64,000 nt of DNA from Escherichia phage VTCCBPA_211: the sequence record PP989838.1. One strand, 5' to 3'. Both the position numbers and the translations under genes were made by a program. The notes under the pieces were generated by a model. That model did no database searches, had not been told where the DNA came from, and saw nothing but the letters and a program-made list of their open reading frames with translations. Of this stretch, positions 6,174 through 12,790 are shown in pieces (the stretch's first letter is position 1; each line of letters opens with the position of its first letter).

Positions 6174-6563
6174 ATGTTGACATTGACTATTTATTATGAG
6201 GCAGGGAATCAGCCAACCGCATGTAAAGCTATGGTTGCGGATACCGTGATAAATAGAATGGCCCAACGAAAACTGACCGCTGAACAGGTGATAAGACAAA
6301 AGAACCAGTTTGAGTGGATTCCGGTACTATTAAAACAGGAGAAACCTTATAAACGTTATGTAAAGCTGATTCGTGATAAAAATCCGATGACTAAGCAAGC
6401 CATTGGAGAAAGCGAGCGACTTGCTAAACGTGCCCTTAAGAAGAATTATGTTCCGCTGTACAGTGGGACTTACTTTCAGAGTAAGAGCGAAGGGGTGCCA
6501 AAATGGTATGCCAATCCCATGTATTGTGGTGATTTAGTGTTCGATAATAGCTCTAGGGAATAA
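6174..6563 (+). CDS. SleB-like cell-wall hydrolase domain protein (Hydrolase_2-like, 129 aa)
   Basis: LTLTIYYEAGNQP..AMVADTVINRM..NQFEW resembles the SleB-family N-terminal motif; start uncertain (strong AGGAGG at 6138 has no canonical start nearby). Confidence 0.6.
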   Translation: MLTLTIYYEAGNQPTACKAMVADTVINRMAQRKLTAEQVIRQKNQFEWIPVLLKQEKPYKRYVKLIRDKNPMTKQAIGESERLAKRALKKNYVPLYSGTYFQSKSEGVPKWYANPMYCGDLVFDNSSRE

Positions 6564-6762
6564 TCACTAGTGCCAGATTTGACAAACTAAATTCCTTTAT
6601 AAACCAACCACTTAGTAAATTTATTGAAAAAGATGGTAGTATTCTGGGACTATGAGTAATGCTCTGTATATAGACCCTTTGAAAATTTCTTAGAAAATAA
6701 GTTTACTAAATATAACTTACTTAAATAATATTACTTTTAATCTCTGATAAAGGGTAAATAAT

Positions 6763-7059
6763 ATGACTTTAGAAGTATATAAATTCCTTTTTGTAAGCTG
6801 TTTAACTATCAGCGTTATAGGATTTATTATCCTTAGAAACAAAGCAGCAAGCTGGGAGAGAATGTATAAATCCCTAGTCCGAGTGGATGAGATGTATAAT
6901 GAGAAAGTTAAAGTGACTCTTAACGATCTTATTATGCAAGTTGAAGACAGAAACAAACGTCTTCAGAACCTCAATCATGAAGTATTGCGCCTTGCTCGTG
7001 CTAATGAAGACTTGCGAGTGGCTATTGCTAAGCAGCAGGAGATTAACAGTGATAATTGA
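6763..7059 (+). CDS. membrane-anchored coiled-coil protein (98 aa)
   Basis: RBS AAAGGG upstream; N-terminal TM then heptad-like region; track ORF. Confidence 0.6.
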   Translation: MTLEVYKFLFVSCLTISVIGFIILRNKAASWERMYKSLVRVDEMYNEKVKVTLNDLIMQVEDRNKRLQNLNHEVLRLARANEDLRVAIAKQQEINSDN

Positions 7060-7060
7060 T

Positions 7061-7285
7061 ATGAACCATCCACCAAAGAAGTTAACTCTTGGGGATCTAG
7101 ATTCAGGTGATGTGTTCCAATTCTTTGTGAACTCTGATGATTTTTATATGGCTTCCTGTAGATTTAACAAATCGGATGGTTGTAGAAATTATATGAACCT
7201 TTCGAACGGTGTGATCTCAGCAGATCGTAATACTGTGGTTGTTAAGAAGATTAACAATGCTCGACTTACAGATAAGGTGGATTAA
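7061..7285 (+). CDS. GDVF-family small protein, paralog 1 (74 aa)
   Basis: KKLTLGDLDSGDVFQF motif shared with 6 other ORFs; internal ATG of track ORF 6941-7285, abutting the upstream stop. Confidence 0.6.
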   Translation: MNHPPKKLTLGDLDSGDVFQFFVNSDDFYMASCRFNKSDGCRNYMNLSNGVISADRNTVVVKKINNARLTDKVD

Positions 7286-7287
7286 CA

Positions 7288-7524
7288 GTGAAAGTTAATA
7301 TTAAATCTGATCGTACAATGCTTCGATTAAATAACATGAAGCCGGGCGTTCTGTTTGAGCGTAAAGAGTCCCTTTATATTAGAACTGACACATTGTACGC
7401 AGATAACTATGTGAACTGTGTTGATGTGGTAACTGGAAAGCTAATGCCTATTAAACGAGATGAAGTCTGCCAAGTACGCAGTGATCTCCACATAACAAAC
7501 ATAGAGGCTAAAGATGAAGATTGA
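7288..7524 (+). CDS. GDVF-family small protein, paralog 2 (78 aa), GTG start
   Basis: RBS AAGGTGG upstream; LRLNNMKPGVLFE variant of the family motif. Confidence 0.6.
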   Translation: MKVNIKSDRTMLRLNNMKPGVLFERKESLYIRTDTLYADNYVNCVDVVTGKLMPIKRDEVCQVRSDLHITNIEAKDED

Positions 7525-7768
7525 TCTGAACCTTAAAGCTAAAGAATTGCGTGTGGGTGATTTGAAACTTGGTGATGTGTTCCAAGTTAAGGCAACATGT
7601 ATTGATTATTACATGATTGTTCAGCTATACACACCACATGTGTCAGAGACTGATCTTCGGAATGGTTGTGTAGTTCTTAGTTTAAGCACCAATCAAGTAA
7701 TGAAGCTAGATTCAAACTTACCTGTTTCAGTCATCCATGATGTAGTAATTACTAATAAAGAAAAGTAA
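7514..7768 (+). CDS. GDVF-family small protein, paralog 3 (84 aa)
   Basis: RBS AGAGG; KELRVGDLKLGDVFQV motif; overlaps the upstream gene by 11 nt. Confidence 0.65.
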   Translation: MKIDLNLKAKELRVGDLKLGDVFQVKATCIDYYMIVQLYTPHVSETDLRNGCVVLSLSTNQVMKLDSNLPVSVIHDVVITNKEK

Positions 7769-7777
7769 CATCGACTT

Positions 7778-7810
7778 ATAGCCCTTGTGTTTATCAGAGG
7801 GCTATGTGAG
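7778..7810 (+). repeat. conserved intergenic hairpin + GGGCTATGTGAG, copy A
   Basis: ATAGCCCT-12 nt-AGGGCTAT then GTGAG; homologous element at 12041-12067; no U-tract. Confidence 0.5.
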
Positions 7811-8126
7811 GGTGTTCCTCATTAACTTATTAATTCAGGCATATGCCACACCGCTAGGGAGAGCTTGCTCGAACATCCGGTGTTAGACTAAAACCTGTTA
7901 ATTTTCGAAAGACTTTCTGATATGTAGGGGTACATATTGGTTTGGGATTCAGGAGACTTCCTAGGGGTAGGGAGTCTTCACCAGTTGGGATAAGAGATAG
8001 CTCTAGAACCTGAACTCTTAGGCAGAGAAGGTCGGCAATGAGTACGCGGTCAGAATTAGTCTACTGACTAGGGCTATCCCTTATATCAACTGGCAATAAT
8101 GCCTCCACTAACAAAGAGAGATAGAT

Positions 8127-8267
8127 ATGAAAGTATCAACCAAACGTATGAACCGCCCTGAACGTATGGATGCAGTAGCTAATGGTGCTCTGAAACTGGA
8201 AGGCTTCTGGATTCATGCGATGTCAGCCATCCGTAACAAGCAAGGCAATTGGACCTATGGTAACTAA
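8127..8267 (+). CDS. hypothetical small protein (46 aa)
   Basis: Hand translation MKVSTKRMNRPERMDAVANGALKLEGFWIHAMSAIRNKQGNWTYGN; GAGAG upstream. Confidence 0.4.
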   Translation: MKVSTKRMNRPERMDAVANGALKLEGFWIHAMSAIRNKQGNWTYGN

Positions 8268-8457
8268 CAAAGAACAAAAAGCTATCTGTCGTTGTGCTCC
8301 TTTCTTCTTTGCAGAAGACGGGGATGTGTTCAGTAAGCTTGCACAAGAGTTAGGTTGTTCTCGAACTGGTGCTAAGGTAGTCTTTCATAAGTGGCTTATC
8401 TATTCTGACTCTTACGTGGCTATCAAATTAAGAGAACTGCAAATACACACGCTTTGA
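8257..8457 (+). CDS. small HTH-like protein (66 aa)
   Basis: Internal ATG of track ORF 8215-8457 overlapping the upstream stop; SKLAQELGCSRTGAKVVFHKW looks helix-turn-helix-like. Confidence 0.5.
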   Translation: MVTNKEQKAICRCAPFFFAEDGDVFSKLAQELGCSRTGAKVVFHKWLIYSDSYVAIKLRELQIHTL

Positions 8458-8461
8458 ATAA

Positions 8462-8494
8462 AAGGCTGCCCAATCGGGTGGCCTTTGTTGTTTT
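8462..8494 (+). terminator. rho-independent terminator
   Basis: AAGGCTGCCC-AATC-GGGTGGCCTT (10 bp, 2 wobbles) followed by TGTTGTTTT. Confidence 0.7.
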
Positions 8495-8538
8495 AATTAA
8501 GGGTCAGCTCTTACTTAAACTAACAAGAGGAAGCTCAA

Positions 8539-8715
8539 ATGTCTAAGCAAACAATCAAACATACGCAAGCTGGTTACTCTTATGTTAACTCTCCTTGTTG
8601 TGGCGCTCGTGTCAATATGGTTAAGGAAGAGGTTCGTATCGTTCAGCGTGGCGCTACTGTTGTTCGTTCATGCTGTGTCTGTGGTAATGATATTTTTATC
8701 AAAGGTAAAGTATGA
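8539..8715 (+). CDS. zinc-ribbon protein (58 aa)
   Basis: RBS AGAGGAAG upstream; CC at residues 20-21 and CCVC near the C-terminus; hand translation. Confidence 0.5.
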   Translation: MSKQTIKHTQAGYSYVNSPCCGARVNMVKEEVRIVQRGATVVRSCCVCGNDIFIKGKV

Positions 8716-8963
8716 AAAACTTTCAAGCTGCACCAATTACTAAAGTGATTGCAGTTAATGATGTGATGATGGCTGTTCCTCTGAACACTCGTTACATTGC
8801 AATTGACAAGATGGGTTATGTATGGGCTTGGAAGATTAAGCCTAGCTATAACGCACTGTTTGATGAGTTTGTTTGTACTGGTACTTACAGTCCTACATTC
8901 TTGGGTTTGTTTAGTGAGTTTGATGGTCAGTATAAAATCATCACACTCCCTGCTTGTGCTTGA
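8712..8963 (+). CDS. hypothetical protein (83 aa), paralog of 8971-9204
   Basis: ATGA overlap; RYIAIDKMGYVWAWKIKP matches RYLATDSNGEVYGFTHKP in the next ORF. Confidence 0.6.
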   Translation: MKNFQAAPITKVIAVNDVMMAVPLNTRYIAIDKMGYVWAWKIKPSYNALFDEFVCTGTYSPTFLGLFSEFDGQYKIITLPACA

Positions 8964-8970
8964 GGTTCTG

Positions 8971-9204
8971 ATGGAGACTAAAGAGGTTAAATATTTTGGT
9001 GAAGTTGTTAAAGTAGGTAACTCTATAAGATATTTAGCAACTGATAGCAACGGCGAAGTGTATGGCTTTACCCATAAGCCAGAAATTCGTGGATATGCTT
9101 GGGCACTCCCTTATGGAACTCCATTCGAGACTGGAGGAGCTGTTTATCTTAATGATAATGGACCTATGTTTGCATGGAAAACATCTCTCGTTGAGGTAGT
9201 GTAA
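8971..9204 (+). CDS. hypothetical protein (77 aa), paralog of 8712-8963
   Basis: ATG 5 nt after GAGG; internal start of track ORF 8797-9204. Confidence 0.6.
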   Translation: METKEVKYFGEVVKVGNSIRYLATDSNGEVYGFTHKPEIRGYAWALPYGTPFETGGAVYLNDNGPMFAWKTSLVEVV

Positions 9205-9206
9205 TT

Positions 9207-9371
9207 ATGTTCAAGTGGTTTAAACGTCTATTCCATCTGCACGATTGGGTAATCCTTGAAAAGTATACACTAAAGATCACTGATGATTATGGCGATACGA
9301 AACATAAAGGTTTACGCTACATCATGCAGTGTAAAACGTGTGGTCATATCACCAAGCGAGATATGATCTAA
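9207..9371 (+). CDS. hypothetical small protein (54 aa) with C-terminal CxxC
   Basis: Hand translation MFKWFKRLFHLHDW..QCKTCGHITKRDMI; GAGG 9 nt upstream. Confidence 0.45.
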   Translation: MFKWFKRLFHLHDWVILEKYTLKITDDYGDTKHKGLRYIMQCKTCGHITKRDMI

Positions 9372-9379
9372 ATAATTCT

Positions 9380-9456
9380 GCGCCCTTAGTTCAATTGGAC
9401 AGAACATCGGATTTCTAATCCGTCGGTTACAGGTTCGAATCCTGTAGGGTGCGCCA
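9380..9456 (+). tRNA. tRNA-Arg (anticodon UCU, reads AGA), CCA encoded
   Basis: Manual cloverleaf: acceptor GCGCCCT/AGGGTGC, D arm GTTC/GAAC, anticodon loop TTTCTAA, T arm ACAGG-TTCGAAT-CCTGT, 3' GCCA. Confidence 0.9.
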
Positions 9457-9475
9457 AATCGAATAGGAGGTAGCC

Positions 9476-9775
9476 ATGAGTTGGGGTGGTGTAATATCCT
9501 TAATCTGTATCTTCCTTGTCTGCATAGCCCTTACAGGCTGCGTACAGAGCCGTCCTGATGGATGGTGTGCAGTAGCAGTGGATGGTATTTGTGTATCTCG
9601 CTGGCATAAGGGTGAGAAGATTCCTTCTGGTGAGATTAATATGCGCTGGAACGGAGCAACCTGTTCTAATGCTAACCCTTCTATCAACGAAGAGAAGTCT
9701 ACACCGGATAATGTTGTTATTGATACAGCATTGTGGTGTGGTGGCTCTACGATTACAACCGGTAAGGAGTGGTGA
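9476..9775 (+). CDS. Cys-rich lipoprotein (99 aa)
   Basis: Strong RBS TAGGAGG; signal peptide with lipobox LTG-C (..FLVCIALTGCVQS). Confidence 0.7.
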   Translation: MSWGGVISLICIFLVCIALTGCVQSRPDGWCAVAVDGICVSRWHKGEKIPSGEINMRWNGATCSNANPSINEEKSTPDNVVIDTALWCGGSTITTGKEW

Positions 9776-9776
9776 T

Positions 9777-9974
9777 ATGAATTACACATCTACAAAGGTG
9801 TTAATTGATTCAATTAATAGCTCCTCAGAAGCTGTACAGGAGCGTTTAATACAAGATGTTAGCAATGACATTAAGTTCTTTGTTAAACGACGCCTGTTAG
9901 GTTCTAAGGCTTATTACAGAGCTAAAGCAGAGCTTACAAAGAGGGTGTTTCTCTTACACGGATTAGTGTATTAA
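9777..9974 (+). CDS. hypothetical protein (65 aa)
   Basis: ATG after AAGGAGTGG, abutting the lipoprotein stop; internal start of track ORF 9582-9974. Confidence 0.5.
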   Translation: MNYTSTKVLIDSINSSSEAVQERLIQDVSNDIKFFVKRRLLGSKAYYRAKAELTKRVFLLHGLVY

Positions 9975-10218
9975 GAGCTTATCGTGAAGGATTCTTACGA
10001 GAGTCCTTTGAGATAGGACTTCAGATCTCCTATCAAACTAACATTCATGTAACTAGCCCATAAGGGCGTTACCCTTTAATAACCCAGCCCACTAAGGGGG
10101 CGGGAGTTTAGTGCTGGATTGGCTTTACGCTTATCCCTACAAAGGCAACCGATTGTTAGATCTTACATGCAATATTAACTAATAGGATAAGGGAGGATTC
10201 GTCCCCTCCCCCTATTTA

Positions 10219-10248
10219 TTGAATCTTTATCTAAGCAAGTCTTATATA
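10219..10248 (+). promoter_or_regulatory. possible sigma70 promoter
   Basis: TTGAAT-18 nt-TATATA, ~20 nt upstream of the 10269 start. Confidence 0.3.
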
Positions 10249-10268
10249 AATGTTTAATTGGAGGGTAT

Positions 10269-10580
10269 ATGAAACCTGAAAGAATTAGATGGACTCCTGA
10301 AGTTATAAAACAGCTAGAAGTCTTGGTTAATAATTATTCTTTAGAAACAGTTGCAGATATTATGGAAACAAACAAATCAGTTATTAGCAGAGCCTGCTCT
10401 AGTTTCCAGATAAAACGTAAACGTCAAAGAAAAGTCTGGTCTGAAGAAGAAGATCAGTTCCTTATCCGTAATGCTGGGTTCATGCCCATTCAGAGAATGG
10501 CTGACATGCTCGGTAGAAGTTATGCTGCTGTACAGAACAGGGCATGTATGCACCTTAACATTAGCCTAAAACTTAAATAG
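10269..10580 (+). CDS. DNA-binding protein with two Myb/SANT-like repeats (103 aa)
   Basis: RBS GGAGGG; repeats RWTPEVIKQLEVLV.. and VWSEEEDQFLIRNAG..MADMLGRSYAAVQNR. Confidence 0.6.
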   Translation: MKPERIRWTPEVIKQLEVLVNNYSLETVADIMETNKSVISRACSSFQIKRKRQRKVWSEEEDQFLIRNAGFMPIQRMADMLGRSYAAVQNRACMHLNISLKLK

Positions 10581-10588
10581 GAGTCAAG

Positions 10589-10819
10589 ATGAATTTTGAA
10601 CTAGTACCAAAAAGCAAAACACCCTCCAAGACTTTCTCTGACTTGGAGAATGGAGATGTTTTTCGTTTTATTGGTGACGATGTAGTCCCTAAATTCTGGA
10701 TAAAAACAGGGGAACATTCTGCAATGTGTGTTCGGAACCCTAAAGATATTTTCTTTCCGGTCCCTTTGTCCAATACTGTTGATCTGTTCGAATCTAAACT
10801 TATTATTCAGGGTAAATAG
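10589..10819 (+). CDS. GDVF-family small protein, paralog 4 (76 aa)
   Basis: RBS TAGGAG; KTFSDLENGDVFRF motif. Confidence 0.65.
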   Translation: MNFELVPKSKTPSKTFSDLENGDVFRFIGDDVVPKFWIKTGEHSAMCVRNPKDIFFPVPLSNTVDLFESKLIIQGK

Positions 10820-10820
10820 T

Positions 10821-11069
10821 ATGAAGATTACTCACAAGAAAGAAGAAGTGACTACGGTTGATCTCAACTCCCTTCCCAGCGGAGCAGTATTTAAATTCCC
10901 TGAGAGTGCTACTCTCTATGTTAAAGGGTCTGTGTCTGAAAGTCCTCATGTAACCGTTAACTCTGATCGAGCAATTACCCTTCGTTTATCCGATGGTAAC
11001 GTAACAGCACCTTCTATCTGGTGCCGAGTTGTTCCTGTGTCGGCAGAACTTTTGGTGGATAACACATAA
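10821..11069 (+). CDS. GDVF-family small protein, paralog 5 (82 aa)
   Basis: Internal ATG of track ORF 10728-11069, 2 nt after the upstream stop; VDLNSLPSGAVFKF motif. Confidence 0.6.
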   Translation: MKITHKKEEVTTVDLNSLPSGAVFKFPESATLYVKGSVSESPHVTVNSDRAITLRLSDGNVTAPSIWCRVVPVSAELLVDNT

Positions 11070-11314
11070 TGAAAATCATCCCAAAGAAAAAGGATAATAC
11101 GGTACGATTGGAAACAATCATTCCTGGAAATCCTTTCGTGGTTCAGAACGGAAGTGCTTCTCCTCAATATTACATGAGGGTTGAAAATGCTTCTTGTAAC
11201 ATCCGTATAGCCAGTGGTTGGGTTCCTGTGGTAAACCTTTTCACAGGTGTACTATCTGTTAAAGGTCTTGACGATCAGGTAGAAATGATTCGTATGTCTG
11301 TGGTTCAGGAGTAA
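11069..11314 (+). CDS. GDVF-family small protein, paralog 6 (81 aa)
   Basis: TAATG overlap with the upstream gene; VRLETIIPGNPFVV variant motif. Confidence 0.6.
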   Translation: MKIIPKKKDNTVRLETIIPGNPFVVQNGSASPQYYMRVENASCNIRIASGWVPVVNLFTGVLSVKGLDDQVEMIRMSVVQE

Positions 11315-11321
11315 CAAGTAG

Positions 11322-11570
11322 ATGAGCACCATTAGTATTAAAGTTAAGCATAAGAAAGAGAACATCCTCAGGGTTATGGATTTATTCAGAGCCGACGTCT
11401 TTACTTTAAAACAGTGTCCAACTTCCCATACCTACATGCTAACGAACCCGAGCAATGGTCTTAAGCCCGCTGGGGCGGTTAATCTGGGAACTGGAGAACT
11501 TCGGACAATTGCTGGTGATATGGTTGTTGATGAGAAGTTTAGTAAAGTCGAAATGATCTTAACTCCTTAG
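11322..11570 (+). CDS. GDVF-family small protein, paralog 7 (82 aa)
   Basis: LRVMDLFRADVFTL variant motif; same size class; track ORF. Confidence 0.6.
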   Translation: MSTISIKVKHKKENILRVMDLFRADVFTLKQCPTSHTYMLTNPSNGLKPAGAVNLGTGELRTIAGDMVVDEKFSKVEMILTP

Positions 11571-11578
11571 GAAAACAA

Positions 11579-11695
11579 ATGAGACTTAAAGCATATTCTT
11601 ATGACGATATGATTAACCAAAAAGGCTTCGGTCAACGACAGCCTGATGGTTCAATTATCTGGTTCGTAAACGGACAGAAAAAGGTAGCTAAATAA
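11579..11695 (+). CDS. hypothetical small protein (38 aa)
   Basis: Hand translation MRLKAYSYDDMINQKGFGQRQPDGSIIWFVNGQKKVAK; AGGA upstream. Confidence 0.35.
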   Translation: MRLKAYSYDDMINQKGFGQRQPDGSIIWFVNGQKKVAK

Positions 11696-11711
11696 GCCCT
11701 CTTCTCTCCTC

Positions 11712-11729
11712 CTTTTAGTACTATGACGC
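11712..11729 (+). repeat. conserved 18-mer CTTTTAGTACTATGACGC, copy 2
   Basis: Exact repeat of 5951-5968; follows a stop codon and a pyrimidine tract; a hairpin follows at 11742-11763. Confidence 0.6.
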
Positions 11730-11801
11730 CTCTCTGTGGGCGGCCCAATTTGCGTAGGGAATTCCCTCTACGCAGCCATGACTTTTTAAGGAATTTCCCC
11801 T

Positions 11802-12035
11802 ATGTCTAAAGTAAGCGCAATTGATGCAATCCGTCAACCATTCCAGTTCCAATCTAAATCAACCCAAACCTTCAGTGAGCCTAAGCAAATTCGCTTGGGC
11901 GGCACAGAAAAAACTGTGTTTGATCTGGCTAAAAATAAGAGCGTTACCGTAGTTGATGGTGGCACTCTGGTTAACGTTTCCCATCGAATCCGAACTGGCA
12001 AAACTGCCAAAGATCGTGCTAAGAAAGGCGAGTAA
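11802..12035 (+). CDS. hypothetical protein (77 aa)
   Basis: AAGGA upstream; track ORF. Confidence 0.6.
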   Translation: MSKVSAIDAIRQPFQFQSKSTQTFSEPKQIRLGGTEKTVFDLAKNKSVTVVDGGTLVNVSHRIRTGKTAKDRAKKGE

Positions 12036-12040
12036 CGCCT

Positions 12041-12067
12041 ATAGCCTTCTTCGGAGGGCTATGTGAG
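12041..12067 (+). repeat. conserved intergenic hairpin + GGGCTATGTGAG, copy B
   Basis: ATAGCCT-TCTTCGG-AGGGCTAT then GTGAG; homolog of 7778-7810; further shared blocks downstream. Confidence 0.5.
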
Positions 12068-12261
12068 TTATTCTGACTCAACTAACCTAATCTTAATATA
12101 TTTCCCGTATGGGGCCGATGCTAGGGCGAGGAGTGTTCCTCAAACATCCGTCGGATAGATATTTTAAGAGCAGGTTATCCACAGATATTGGGTAATATCT
12201 TTTTGTATTTAAAGCTTGACTCTTTTCGGAGAGTCCTTTTTTAAATTCAACGAGAGGAAAT

Positions 12262-12414
12262 ATGTCTAAATTAGATTTAAAACTGCTAGCAGCAGCGGTA
12301 GTGATTTGTGCACTAGCACTGGTAACGCAGAGAACATCTGGATTTATTCAGTGTTTCTTTTCTGGGCAATCCACTTATCAGTGGGTTATTGACGAGTGTA
12401 AACAACAGGAGTAA
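12262..12414 (+). CDS. small membrane protein (50 aa)
   Basis: RBS GAGAGGAAA; TM LLAAAVVICALALV; hand translation. Confidence 0.5.
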   Translation: MSKLDLKLLAAAVVICALALVTQRTSGFIQCFFSGQSTYQWVIDECKQQE

Positions 12415-12416
12415 GT

Positions 12417-12779
12417 ATGAATACACGTCCCATCAAGGGCAACGTTAATATTGAAACTCTGAACAAGGTTGCATCAAACCTCGGTGGAATGTCCAACGAT
12501 GAGCTTGAGCAAGAACTTGCTTGGATTGCAAATGGTATCAAAGTTGCTAAAGGTAAGATTGCTCGTGAGCAAAGCAACATGAAAGCTCACAAGTATATCA
12601 TCCGTCGTGCAAATGTGTTACCAGAGCGGGTTGTACATCTTGCCCGTAAAAACTACGCAGAAGCAAAGAAAGCTCTGGAAGAAGCTACTTTCCAGAAGCA
12701 CCAATTTATGAACAACTATCGAAACTTCCGAGATATTCTTTATATCCGTAAGTCGATTGAGTTGATTAAAAACCAATAG
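12417..12779 (+). CDS. hypothetical coiled-coil protein (120 aa)
   Basis: RBS CAGGAG; track ORF. Confidence 0.65.
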   Translation: MNTRPIKGNVNIETLNKVASNLGGMSNDELEQELAWIANGIKVAKGKIAREQSNMKAHKYIIRRANVLPERVVHLARKNYAEAKKALEEATFQKHQFMNNYRNFRDILYIRKSIELIKNQ

Positions 12780-12790
12780 AGGTTGGTATA

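Noticed and set aside
7806-8126. Possible degenerate tRNA or tRNA-like element (TCGAAC, CTAGGG motifs) in the long intergenic region
   Set aside because: I could not fold an acceptor/T-arm cloverleaf. The TCGAA string lacks flanking complementary stems.
9427-9789. Minus-strand 120-aa ORF overlapping the tRNA and the lipoprotein gene
   Set aside because: It overlaps a high-confidence tRNA and is antisense to an ORF with a strong RBS and a lipobox.
12175-12183. Perfect DnaA box TTATCCACA in an intergenic region
   Set aside because: It is a single copy, and about 0.5 occurrences are expected by chance in 128 kb of two-strand sequence. I found no cluster of boxes or adjacent 13-mer-like AT repeats, so this is not enough to call an origin.
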